DNA of 64,000 nt from Betaproteobacteria bacterium. GTDB lineage: Bacteria > Pseudomonadota > Gammaproteobacteria > Burkholderiales > SG8-41. The stretch covers positions 705-64,704 of the forward strand of contig CANJHY010000003.1 in the NCBI GenBank assembly GCA_947474275.1. Direction: 5' to 3'. Positions 51,310 to 60,856 of this stretch are shown piece by piece; the stretch's first letter is position 1; each line of letters starts with the position of its first letter. A program made the translations under genes and the position numbers. The notes below the pieces were generated by a model. The model saw nothing but the letters and a program-made list of their open reading frames with translations. It made no database searches and was not told the DNA's origin.

Positions 51310-52101
51310 TTAGGCGCTTTTTCCAGCCATGTAGCTGTAATGCGATTTGCGATGCATGCCGCGCCGGATGGCGTCGACCGCCACCACGTCGGCCGGGCTC
51401 ACGCTGGCGAAATTGATTTCGAAGCCGTAGCGCTCGACCAGCCACGCGGCTTTTTCCTGCGCCTCGATGAGGCCCAGCTCGAACAGCAGGTACTGGTTCT
51501 TGCCGAGCGCGGCGATCGTGTCCAGTGCTTTCGGATCGGTCCGCGTCATGGCCTGGATCTCGCTGCTTTCCAGGTAAATTTTCGAAACACCGAGTTCGAG
51601 GTCGCGCAAGATCTGCTTGCAGACTTCATCCGCGTCGAACGGGATGTCGACGTTCTTGCGTCCCATCTCGGTCATCACCTTCAGTCCCATTTCCAGCGCC
51701 TGCGCAATCAGCTCTTCGCGGTAACCGGTTTCCATCGGCGCCATGGTGTCTTCGCTCATTTCGACGCCGGCAAAACCGAGATCGCGCACGGCCTTCAGGT
51801 AATCGCCGACCTTGTGCTGGATAACGGCGAGCTGAAACGGGATGCCGCCCGGCAGCACGTCGATGCCGCTCTTGTTGTACAGCGCGACTTTCTTTTTGAT
51901 CCACTCTGCGGAAAGGCGGTCGGCGAGCCCCGCGTGGTCGGTAATTTTCGCGTAATCGATCAGGGGTGCGGCGATTTCAATAATGTCCTCGGTGGCGCGC
52001 ATGGGGATGCCGACTTCGGACATCAATATCATGCAATCTTTGCGCGGCTTGGGTGGCAGTTGCAGGACTTCGAGCATCGGAAACGCAGTGGGCTTTTTCA
52101 T
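51310..52101 (-). CDS. Divergent phosphosulfolactate synthase (ComA)-family TIM-barrel protein
   Basis: PPKPR, IDYAK, PGG, VEMSE, TEMGRK, LLFE, IRRG pattern. Confidence 0.75.
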   Translation of the reverse strand: MKKPTAFPMLEVLQLPPKPRKDCMILMSEVGIPMRATEDIIEIAAPLIDYAKITDHAGLADRLSAEWIKKKVALYNKSGIDVLPGGIPFQLAVIQHKVGDYLKAVRDLGFAGVEMSEDTMAPMETGYREELIAQALEMGLKVMTEMGRKNVDIPFDADEVCKQILRDLELGVSKIYLESSEIQAMTRTDPKALDTIAALGKNQYLLFELGLIEAQEKAAWLVERYGFEINFASVSPADVVAVDAIRRGMHRKSHYSYMAGKSA

Positions 52102-52137
52102 CGGGTTCTTCTGTATAAAAGTGGTTAGAGGGTATGT

Positions 52138-53136
52138 TTACTCGAAACGGATCTTCGCGGTCTGTATCACCTTGGCCCACAAAGAGCTCTCTTTTTTGAT
52201 ACGCGCTGCGAATTCGTCGGGCGTATTGGCGACCGGCTCGGCCCCGATGTCGAGCAGCTGCTTGCGCACTTCGGGCATGGCGACGACGCGCGCGATGTCG
52301 CGCTGGGTCCTGGTCACGACGTCAGGCGGCGTGCCGGCGGGTGCTACGAGTCCAAACCACACGTCGATATCGAAGCCGGCTACGCCGCCTTCGGCTATGG
52401 TGGGCACGTCGGGCAGCAGCGTTGAACGCTTTGCGGTGCTTACGCCGAGCGCGCGCAACTTGCCGGCTTTCACATAAGGCAGCGCTGCAGGCGTGTTGAA
52501 GAACAGCAGCGCGATCTGGCCGGCGATGAGGTCGGTCGCTGCCGGTGGCCCGCCTTTATACGGCACATGCACGATGTCTATGCCCGTCATCGACTTGAAG
52601 AGTTCCATCGCGAGATGCAGCGAGCCGCCGGCGCCCGACGAACCATAATTCACTTCGCCCGGCCGCGCCTTGCACAGTGCGATCAGCTCGCGCACGTTTT
52701 TCACCGGAAAAGCCGGGTTGGTGACGAGCAGTTGCGAAGTCGAGGCGACTATCGTAATCGGCGCGAATGCTTTGTCCGGATCGTACGGCAGGTTCTTGAA
52801 GAGACTGCGGTCTATCGTGAACGAGGTGTTCAGGGTGAAAAGCTGGGTATAGCCGTCGGGTGTCGCCGCAGCGCCGGCTTGGGTGCCGAGCCGGCCGCCG
52901 CCGCCCGCGCGGTTGTCGATGACGACTTGCTGGCCCCACACCTCGTACAGTCTCTGGCCGACGACGCGCCCGACGAGATCGATGCTGCCCGCTGCCGGAA
53001 ACGGTACGATCCATCTGACCGGGCGCGCAGGAAAGGCGCCCGTGCTGTCTGCAGCGTGCGCGGACGCTGCAAGGATGTTGCATGCGATAGAGAGCGCTGC
53101 GCCGACGCGACGCGACGTTAAGCAAAGTTTGTCCAA
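52138..53136 (-). CDS. Bug/TctC substrate-binding protein
   Basis: VPFPAAGSID, DNRAGGGG, PDGYT, HVPYKGG. Confidence 0.92.
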   Translation of the reverse strand: MDKLCLTSRRVGAALSIACNILAASAHAADSTGAFPARPVRWIVPFPAAGSIDLVGRVVGQRLYEVWGQQVVIDNRAGGGGRLGTQAGAAATPDGYTQLFTLNTSFTIDRSLFKNLPYDPDKAFAPITIVASTSQLLVTNPAFPVKNVRELIALCKARPGEVNYGSSGAGGSLHLAMELFKSMTGIDIVHVPYKGGPPAATDLIAGQIALLFFNTPAALPYVKAGKLRALGVSTAKRSTLLPDVPTIAEGGVAGFDIDVWFGLVAPAGTPPDVVTRTQRDIARVVAMPEVRKQLLDIGAEPVANTPDEFAARIKKESSLWAKVIQTAKIRFE

Positions 53137-53307
53137 CAGAAACTTCTCCTCGCGGGGCGCGATACCCCAATTTGAATAAATGCCGGGTGCTGAAAACCGC
53201 CACCCGCTGATACGTGGACGCTAGAATAACATCGCCGCCGCTTCGACGTACGTGGCCAGCCGGGCTGCGGTAGTATGGCGCGATGCCGAAATCCGCCAAC
53301 CGGTTCG

Positions 53308-54587
53308 ATGCATAAGCACTTGCGAGTTGCACTCGCCGGTTTTGCGCTGGTCGTTGCCGGCGCGACTTCTGCGCAGCAGCCGTTGTCCGCCGGTGTCGAA
53401 GCAACGGCGGCGGAGATCGTGGGCAATTTCAGGCGCATGATCGTGCTGCACGAAACGGCAGGGCGCGCGCGCGACCTCACGCAGGTCGGGCAGTACTCTT
53501 CTTTCGCAATCGTGAACTCACGGCGCAGCTGGTTGCCGACTTGCTCGTGCCGCCGCAGACGGACAGCGATCAGCGCATCGACGTGCTGCTCGATCTCATT
53601 GAAACGCGCAAAGACTGGCGCGACGTCGACAAGCTGGCGTTGCTCGGCGTGGTCAACGAAACCCGCGTGCGCCTGCCCGCCGCCTATCCGCTGGCCGCGC
53701 GGCTTAACAAGACCCGCGATGAGATCGTTGCCATCCGCGCCGGCTACAACAGCGAAATCACCGCGGCGTTTACCGATCGGCCGCTGGCCGCGCGCCGGCG
53801 CCCCGGTTGGGACGCTTATGTTGCTTTCCTGCACGAGGAATACCCGCTGGCGCGCGTGATGGAGGATTTGAAGGCGCAGCTCCCCGCGCCCGAACAGCGC
53901 GCAACACCCTCGCCCAAGGGCGCAGCGATCGCCGAGCATGCGCAGCGCGACGAATGGAACGACGGCGGCCTGCCGGCTAAAACCGTGCTGCTGACGTTCG
54001 ATGACGGGCCGCATCCGCGCTACACCGCGGAAATCCTGCGCATACTCGACTACTACAAGGTGAAGGCGATTTTCTTCCAGGTCGGCCAGAACCTCGGCAC
54101 CCTGCGCGACGGCCAGGCTGATTTCTCGCGCAACGCCAGCGTGGTTGAAGCGATACTGCGTGGCGGCCATGCCGTAGCGAATCATACCTATACGCATCCC
54201 TTTTTGCCCAAGCTCAGTGCCGCGCAGGTCGACGACGAAATCGAAACGACGCAGGCCCTGCTGCTTGCCGCAGTTCCCGGCAGCGGCCGCGCGTCGCTGT
54301 TCCGGCCGCCGTATGGCGTGCGCAACCCGCTGGTGCTTGCCGAGATTGCGGACCGCGGCCTGCGCTCGGTAATCTGGAACATCGATTCGCGCGACTGGGC
54401 GGATCCGATTCCGCAGTCGATCGCACAACGGGTGTTTGCCGAGGCCGAACGCGAGGGTCGCAGCATCATTCTCTTTCACGACATTCACGGACGGACCGTG
54501 CAGGCGCTGCCGCGCGTCATCGAAGGCCTGCTGAAGCGCAGGTTTCGGTTTGCGTATTGGGATGGCGGCGGACTGAAAACAGACTGA
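53308..54587 (+). pseudogene. Secreted polysaccharide deacetylase with a frameshift near 53496 (pseudogene or sequencing error)
   Basis: Signal-peptide frame ends ...VGQY; the -1 frame continues LFFRNRELTAQLVADLLVPP into the NodB domain (TFDDGP, HTYTH, RPPYG, DSRDW, LFHD). Confidence 0.75.
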
Positions 54588-54671
54588 GTGGTGTGCAATC
54601 CCGCCATCGCTGCGCCTGATTTCAGTCTATGTTCAGACTTAACCAGTCGCGCCGGGTGGTGTTTTCAAAAC

Positions 54672-54937
54672 GGCCACCAGATACATACGCAGCATTCGTT
54701 CAATGCCAATCGGCGGTCGGCCATTGCCCGCCTTTGGGGAATGCGGTTCAATCAACGCACAGAACTCGCTCTACGGCACCAGCGCTTCCATGCGCGCCAG
54801 AAATTCCGCCTTGCGCGTCGCCCTAACGTGAACCTCGAATCCTTTTGTTGCCGCCAGTGTCATTTGCTGCATGATCATGTCCTCCCGTTTACTGTCCATA
54901 CTGTGACAAAGCAATCGGGGACTTGTTCAGTGTTTCC
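54672..54937 (-). mobile_element. Truncated IS5-family element: left end plus transposase N-terminus with an internal stop
   Basis: End GGAAACACTGAACAAGTCCCC next to CTAA target (54938-54941); MQQMTLAATKGFEVHVRATRKAEFLARMEALVP*SEFCALIEPHSPKAGNGRPPIGIERMLRMY from ATG 54872. Confidence 0.85.
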
Positions 54938-54974
54938 TTAGCGCGCGGATGTTCGATCTGCCCTGACACTGGCC

Positions 54975-55058
54975 CTATTCAACGCGGGTGTTCGCGGTTT
55001 CGATCAGCGTGTCGAACTTGATATGTAGCGATTTCAGGAAATCGGCGAATTCAGCCAG
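54975..55058 (-). pseudogene. Orphan C-terminal fragment of a Bug/TctC gene
   Basis: LAEFADFLKSLHIKFDTLIETANTRVE* resembles the C-termini of the intact Bug proteins in this window. Confidence 0.5.
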
Positions 55059-55077
55059 ACAGCGCATTCGAGGGCCG

Positions 55078-55869
55078 TCAGGTCCCGGTAAATCTGGGCT
55101 CGCGGCGGTCGAATCCTGCCTTCACGCCTTCCTTGAAGTCGTTCGTTTCGCGCAGCATCTGCTGCTGGAAGGCCTCGCGCTCGGTCGCGGCCCGAAACGC
55201 GGGAATGAGATCGTTGTTCAGCGTTTCACGCGTCGCCTGGACTGCGAGCGGCCCCGATTGCGCAAGTTGCGCGGCCATCAACTGCGCGGTCTCGCGCACC
55301 TTGTCCTGTTCGACCAGGCGGTCCGCGAGCCCCATCGCGACCGCTTCGTCACCCGGCACGCGGCGCCCGGTCAGGAACAGCCATTTGGCCGTTTGGTGGC
55401 CGACTAGCCGCGGCAGTGTGACCGTCATCCCAAAACCGGGGTGATAGCCGAGGGCGGCGAAATTGGCGGCAAGCCTCGCTTCCTTGCACGTTACGCGGAA
55501 ATCGGCGACTAGCGCCAGTCCCAGGCCGGCGCCGATCGCGCTGCCGTGAACCGCTGCGACGATAGGCTTGCGCGTCTGCACCAGACGCTGTGCCTCATGG
55601 TAAAGATGCCGCGGCCGCGCGGTGGGTTTGCCCGCCGCTTCGTCTTCGATGCGTTTTTTCAGGTTCGCGCCGGCGCAGAAGTGCTTCCCGGCAGCCGCCA
55701 GCACGATGCTGCGACATTCGATGTCCTCGTCGAGAGCCTCCAGCACTGCGGCGAGGCTGGCGATCAGATCGACGTCCAGAAAGTTGTTGGGCGGTCTTTG
55801 CAGTTCGACCGTCGCAACGTGTCCGTTCATGCTGACGCCGATATCCGCATTGCTCAATGATTTTTCCAT
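55078..55869 (-). CDS. Enoyl-CoA hydratase/isomerase (crotonase) family protein
   Basis: FCAGANL, KPIVAAVHGSAIGAG, DFKEGV. Confidence 0.9.
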   Translation of the reverse strand: MEKSLSNADIGVSMNGHVATVELQRPPNNFLDVDLIASLAAVLEALDEDIECRSIVLAAAGKHFCAGANLKKRIEDEAAGKPTARPRHLYHEAQRLVQTRKPIVAAVHGSAIGAGLGLALVADFRVTCKEARLAANFAALGYHPGFGMTVTLPRLVGHQTAKWLFLTGRRVPGDEAVAMGLADRLVEQDKVRETAQLMAAQLAQSGPLAVQATRETLNNDLIPAFRAATEREAFQQQMLRETNDFKEGVKAGFDRREPRFTGT

Positions 55870-56297
55870 TTGCTGGTGTCCCCGTATGTGGCCGCCCCCT
55901 TGACTGTCAGCCAGAGTTGCCGGTCACTAAATCAATTAAATCCGTACGTTCGTCGGTTTCAGCCGCATCTTCCATGAGATGCGTAGACATCCGCGCGGGC
56001 CACTTGTGCTCAGTTCGAGGCGCAATGATACCGCCGTTAGCGAAGGGGGCAAAATGATTGGCCTCAAAAATCCGGGGTGGCCGGAGAGTTTCAAGACGTC
56101 TTCCGGGTGCCCGCGAGCGTCTGCCGGTGCCGCGCCGACAACTGGAAACCTGTGAAGCCAATATGTATGGTTTAACAATAGCTCTACTAGCATACGCAAT
56201 GAAATTTCGTTTTACGCGGTTAGTGCCATCGGGCACAATTGCAATTGTCCGCGTTTGCCTGTCTCAAGAGCCGCCGTCAGCGCTCGAAAAATAAAAT

Positions 56298-58412
56298 ATG
56301 AAGACCAGAAAGTTAAGTCCGGACTTTTTCCTGCCTCGATCAGTAGCGCTCGTTGGCGCGTCCGGTGAACCGGGAAAGGTAAATTCCCGGGCGCAGCAGC
56401 TATTACGCATACACGGTTTCACCGGCAAGGTATTTCCGATTAACCCGCGGTATAAAGATCTGTTCGGTTTGCCGGCTTATCCAACTTTGTTGGCCGTTCC
56501 CGAGAAAATAGACCACGCTTTGATAATGGTGCCCGCCGCTGCCGTGCACGAGGTGGTGCGTCAGTGTTGTGAACGCCAGGTTGCAGCAGCAACCATATTC
56601 AGCTCCGGTTTTGCAGAACTGGGCGAGGAAGGGGCGGAACTGCAGCGACAGATCGTGGCGACAGCCCGGGATGGGGGAGTAAGACTATTGGGGCCCAATT
56701 GTCTTGGCCTGGTAAATGTTCCCGGACACACAACCCTTTCCCTGAACGCTGTTCTTGAGCAAGAACAATTGCGCTCCGGTCCGCTCAGTGTAATTTCGCA
56801 GAGCGGCAGCATGCTAGGCGCCTTGATTTCACGGGCGCAGGCGCGTGGCCTCGGCTTCTCCAAGCTTGTATCCGTGGGAAACGAATGTGATATCGGTGTG
56901 GGGGAGATCGCAGAACTTCTGGCGGATGATGCAGATACCGGCGCAATACTGCTGTTTCTGGAGGCTTTCCGGGATTCCACCCGACTTGCTGTCGCGGCAC
57001 GTCGCGCGTTTAAAAAGGGTAAGCCGGTCATCGCATACAAACTCGGACGTTCGGAAATCGGGCGCCGGGTTGCGGTGTCGCATACCGGCGCCATTGCGGG
57101 AGCCGCTGAGGTTTCAGACGCTTTTTTTCAGGCGCACGGCATTATGCGTGTAGACACAATGGAGAGCCTCTTCGAATTACCGCAGTTGGTCATGGGACAT
57201 AAGCCACCGGCACACCGCAGAGTGGCCATTCTCACAGGATCGGGAGGACCTGCCGGGATGATTGCAGATCGCCTGGGTACGCTGGGCGTCGAAGTCGCGG
57301 GTCCCACGGAAGAAGTGATAAGAGATTTAAATGAAAAAGGCGTAAAGATCTCGGCGTCCCCCGTCACCGATATTCCTATGGGAAGAAATGATAGCTCATA
57401 CAACATGATACTGAGTGCGCTATTGTCTTCGGATCATTGTGATGCGGTGATCTCGGTGAGTGGTTCAAGCTCGCAGACGAACCCACAAAAGATTGTTGAT
57501 CGTGTGTTTGTGCCTGAACGAAGCAAGAAGCCTTTGGCCGTATTTCTGGCGCCACGCGCCGATGAAGCGCTCGCTTTGCTGGGAAAGCAGGGAATAGCCG
57601 GATTCCGAACGCCGGAAGCATGTGCAGATTCGATGCGTGCATATCTCAACTGGCGGAGCCCCCAGAGTAACGAATCTATCCGTGCTGGAGAACTGGCGGG
57701 GCCGAATGCTATGCTGGCAGCTACACAACGGGATTCCCTGAACGAATGTGAATCACTGGGTTTGTTTTCGTCGCTCGGCATTCCATCCACGCACTGCAGG
57801 GTTGTATCCGGGCCGGCTGAAGCGGTCGATTTCGCGGATCCTGTCGCGGTCAAGATATTGTCGCCTGACATTGTCCACAAGACCGAAGCAGGTATGGTCG
57901 CGCTTAATGTCGTGCCGGCTGATATCGCGTCGGTCGTTTCCACGATGTTGGGCGATGCCGCGAAGAAATTTCCAAAGGCCGGCATCGATGGAATTCTCGT
58001 GCAGCGCATGGAGAGCGGTCTCGCGGAAGTGATCGTTGGCTATCGCCGGGATCCCGAGGTCGGGCCGATCGTTCTCCTGGGACTGGGAGGCATTGCAGCG
58101 GAGGTTCATGCTAACCATAGCGTGCGCGTGGCGCCGGTCAGTCTGCGGACCGCGGAAACCATGGTCAGTGAAATACCGCAACTCAAGACGCTGGCGGGTT
58201 TTCGCAATTTGCCGAGAGGGGACTGCACTGCTCTTGCGCACGCGATTCGCGCAATGTCTCTGCTGGCGCTCGTTACGCCGCGCGTCGTGAGTGAAGCCGA
58301 GATAAACCCATTGATCGTAAAGCGCGACGGCGAAGGAGTGGTAGCAGTCGATGGCCTGGTCGTGCTGGAACCAAGTTCTTCTCCGCAGCAAGAAGCGGCA
58401 GGTGAGAATTAA
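56298..58412 (+). CDS. ADP-forming acyl-CoA synthetase (acetate--CoA ligase family, fused alpha/beta)
   Basis: PRSVALVGAS, GPNCLG, SQSG, SHTGA phospho-His, HKTEAG, EINPL. Confidence 0.93.
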   Translation: MKTRKLSPDFFLPRSVALVGASGEPGKVNSRAQQLLRIHGFTGKVFPINPRYKDLFGLPAYPTLLAVPEKIDHALIMVPAAAVHEVVRQCCERQVAAATIFSSGFAELGEEGAELQRQIVATARDGGVRLLGPNCLGLVNVPGHTTLSLNAVLEQEQLRSGPLSVISQSGSMLGALISRAQARGLGFSKLVSVGNECDIGVGEIAELLADDADTGAILLFLEAFRDSTRLAVAARRAFKKGKPVIAYKLGRSEIGRRVAVSHTGAIAGAAEVSDAFFQAHGIMRVDTMESLFELPQLVMGHKPPAHRRVAILTGSGGPAGMIADRLGTLGVEVAGPTEEVIRDLNEKGVKISASPVTDIPMGRNDSSYNMILSALLSSDHCDAVISVSGSSSQTNPQKIVDRVFVPERSKKPLAVFLAPRADEALALLGKQGIAGFRTPEACADSMRAYLNWRSPQSNESIRAGELAGPNAMLAATQRDSLNECESLGLFSSLGIPSTHCRVVSGPAEAVDFADPVAVKILSPDIVHKTEAGMVALNVVPADIASVVSTMLGDAAKKFPKAGIDGILVQRMESGLAEVIVGYRRDPEVGPIVLLGLGGIAAEVHANHSVRVAPVSLRTAETMVSEIPQLKTLAGFRNLPRGDCTALAHAIRAMSLLALVTPRVVSEAEINPLIVKRDGEGVVAVDGLVVLEPSSSPQQEAAGEN

Positions 58413-58458
58413 GCTGGATCAGACGTCGGATAAGTGTATGGAAGCCGGAGGAGAAGTA

Positions 58459-59427
58459 ATGAGTGTCAAACGCATTGCGCGTTGGTTTGTTACCGTGATC
58501 TGGTGCGCTTCGAGCTTGGCTGGCGCGCAGCCCTATCCAATCAAGCCTATTCGATTAATCGTACCGTGGCCGCCGGGAGGGACAACGGATGTGCTTGGCC
58601 GCATGGCCGCCGCAAGACTTACGGAAACGTGGGGCGTACAGGTTGTCGTGGACAATCGCGCGGGCGCGGGCGGTAATATCGGATTCGAAGGTTGCGCAAA
58701 ATCCCCCCCTGACGGCTACACGCTGTGCATTATGACGGTCGCCCAGACGATTTCGCCCAGCATTTACACCAAACTCGGTTTCGATCCCATCAAGGATTTC
58801 TCGCACGTCACTCTTATGGCTATCGTGCCAAGCCTGCTATTGGTGCATCCCTCTCTGCCGGTTAAGAATGTCAGGGAATTTACAGCACTTGCCAGGGCGA
58901 AACCCGGCGCTCTTAACTATGCCTCTACGGGCAACGGCACCAGCCCGCATATGATGATGGAAATGTTTAAGACGATGACAAACACCAACATCGTGCACAT
59001 CCCATATAAAGGTGTTTCATTGGCGATGATTGATCAGATTTCAGGTCTCGTGGAATCTTCGTTCGGCACCGCCATCGGTACGTTGCCTTTTGTAAGGCAG
59101 GGAAAGATCCGCGCGCTCGCGGTAACCACGCGTGACCGGTTTCCCCCGCTTCCCGAACTGCCGACAATGGTGGAGGCCGGCGTCAAGGGCTTTGAGGCAA
59201 GTTCATGGACGGGCATGTCGATGCCCGCGGGCACCCCGCGCGAAATGGTATTGAAGGCCAATGCAGAACTGGTCAGGATGCTGACGGCACCCGAGATGCG
59301 GGAAAAGCTGCTTGCGATGGGCGGCATTGCTGTCGGTGACTCTCCGGAAGAGTTCTCAGCGTTCGTTAAGCGCGATACCGGACAGTGGGGCAGAGTCGCC
59401 AGGGCCGCCAAAGTTCGCGTTAACTAG
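58459..59427 (+). CDS. Bug/TctC substrate-binding protein
   Basis: GGAGGAG RBS; VPWPPGGTTD, DNRAGAGG, PDGYTL, HIPYKG. Confidence 0.92.
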   Translation: MSVKRIARWFVTVIWCASSLAGAQPYPIKPIRLIVPWPPGGTTDVLGRMAAARLTETWGVQVVVDNRAGAGGNIGFEGCAKSPPDGYTLCIMTVAQTISPSIYTKLGFDPIKDFSHVTLMAIVPSLLLVHPSLPVKNVREFTALARAKPGALNYASTGNGTSPHMMMEMFKTMTNTNIVHIPYKGVSLAMIDQISGLVESSFGTAIGTLPFVRQGKIRALAVTTRDRFPPLPELPTMVEAGVKGFEASSWTGMSMPAGTPREMVLKANAELVRMLTAPEMREKLLAMGGIAVGDSPEEFSAFVKRDTGQWGRVARAAKVRVN

Positions 59428-59488
59428 CCTGGCACCGGATCTTTTACAGCAGTTTGCAAGGCATGTGCTTTCACTTATGGATTAAGCG

Positions 59489-60250
59489 ATGGAAAACGTA
59501 GTCTTGTACGAGGTCACGGGCAATATCGCGGTTATCACAATTAACCGCCCGGAACGGCACAACGCAATCAGCCTGGCCGTGCGCGAGCAGCTAAGAGAGG
59601 CCTTCATCCGGTTTGAGGCGGACGCCACGTTGCGGGTTGCAATATTGACAGGCAGTGGAGACAAGGCTTTTTGCGCCGGTATGGATCTGAAAGAAGCGGC
59701 CGAACTGAAACTCCAGAAAACTCCCCCACTGCCGGTCCTTGGTAACAACATCAAAGTTTCCAAGCCGGTAATTGCCGCGGTAAACGGTCATACCTACGCC
59801 GCCGGATGGTTACTCGCTCAAATGTGCGACCTGTGCATCGCGTCCGATAACGCGTTATTTGGCATTACCGAAGCCAAAGTCGGTCGCGGGTTTGCCTGGG
59901 CGGTCCCTTTGCTGGAAATGCTTCCGCAGCGAATCGTGGTCGAGCTGCTAATGACTGGCCGCGTAATAGATGCAAAGCGCGCTTGCGAAATCGGGTTCGT
60001 AAATTACGTTGTACCGGCGGCCGAATTGATGGACAAAGCCCTCGAACTGGCGAGGGAGATCGCCGCGAATGCGCCGCTGACGGTAATGGCAGTCAAAGAG
60101 TTAGTCCAAATTTCCCGGGAGATGGGCCAAAGCGCGGCGTTAAAGTATGCGCGCCAGATGTTCGATGAGAAAGTGTATTTGAGTGAAGATGCCATCGAGG
60201 GGCCGAAGGCGTTCAAGGAAAAGCGGCCGCCCGTATGGAAAGGCCGCTGA
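59489..60250 (+). CDS. Enoyl-CoA hydratase/isomerase family protein
   Basis: INRPERHNA, FCAGMDL, KPVIAAVNG, DAIEGPKAFKEKR. Confidence 0.92.
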   Translation: MENVVLYEVTGNIAVITINRPERHNAISLAVREQLREAFIRFEADATLRVAILTGSGDKAFCAGMDLKEAAELKLQKTPPLPVLGNNIKVSKPVIAAVNGHTYAAGWLLAQMCDLCIASDNALFGITEAKVGRGFAWAVPLLEMLPQRIVVELLMTGRVIDAKRACEIGFVNYVVPAAELMDKALELAREIAANAPLTVMAVKELVQISREMGQSAALKYARQMFDEKVYLSEDAIEGPKAFKEKRPPVWKGR

Positions 60251-60313
60251 TTGTGCTGTCGGTAAACTCGTATGCAGTTGGTTAGTGCAGGCAATGAAGA
60301 TGGAGTGCAGATC

Positions 60314-60856
60314 ATGATTGAAAAAAATGTGCGGTGGGTGACGCCTGAAGCTGCGTCTCCCCAGACAGTCAAAGCGCGGGAGTATCGGCGTCCGGACAAA
60401 ATTACTTTTCGTCTCGGCATTTTGGACAATGCAAAAAGCAATGCAGATCACTTATTGCGCATGGTATCCGAATCATTGCAAGCGACGATTCCTGTCGCCT
60501 CAGTTATTCGCCGGCGCAAGCCTGGCCCGGCCAGGCCGGCAGAAACTGCACTGCTGGATGAACTCATGAAGGAGGCTGATTTCGTTGTCAGTGCGATGGC
60601 TGATTGAGGGGCCTGCACGTCGTGGAGTGTCCACGACATGTCACAGCTTCGTCATAAAGGCGTCGCAGCAGCGGTCATTTGCTCGGAGCCTTTTGTCCGG
60701 CTGGCAAAAGCCCAGGCAGCTATTGCTGGCGTGCCTGATTTGCCTCTGATCGTGATCCCGCATCCGCTCGGAGGGGCGACGCAGGACGAAGTTAAGGCGC
60801 GTGCCGAGGTTGCAATGAGTCAGCTTATTATTCTGGTTCGGGAACTAACGCAATGA
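60314..60856 (+). CDS. UGSC-family selenoprotein (UGA at 60605-60607 read as Sec; U-G-A-C motif), 180 aa
   Basis: ORFs 60272-60607 and 60638-60856 share a frame; readthrough gives GILDNAKSNAD...SAMAD-U-GACTSWSVHD...IPHPLGG; SECIS-like hairpin follows; GGAG RBS before ATG 60314 (alternative start 60272). Confidence 0.85.
60615..60641 (+). promoter_or_regulatory. Putative bacterial SECIS element
   Basis: GTCGTGGA-gtg-TCCACGAC perfect 8-bp stem (60619-60637), extended by GCA/TGT; G-containing loop starts 19 nt after the UGA. Confidence 0.7.

Noticed and set aside
55907-56294. Short ORFs between the divergent crotonase and the acyl-CoA synthetase
   Set aside because: No motifs or RBS; more likely a divergent promoter region, and I could not define an operator with confidence
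60638-60856. Stand-alone 72-aa gene
   Set aside because: No clear RBS, its upstream region is sequestered in the SECIS-like stem, and it is better explained as the C-terminal part of the selenoprotein
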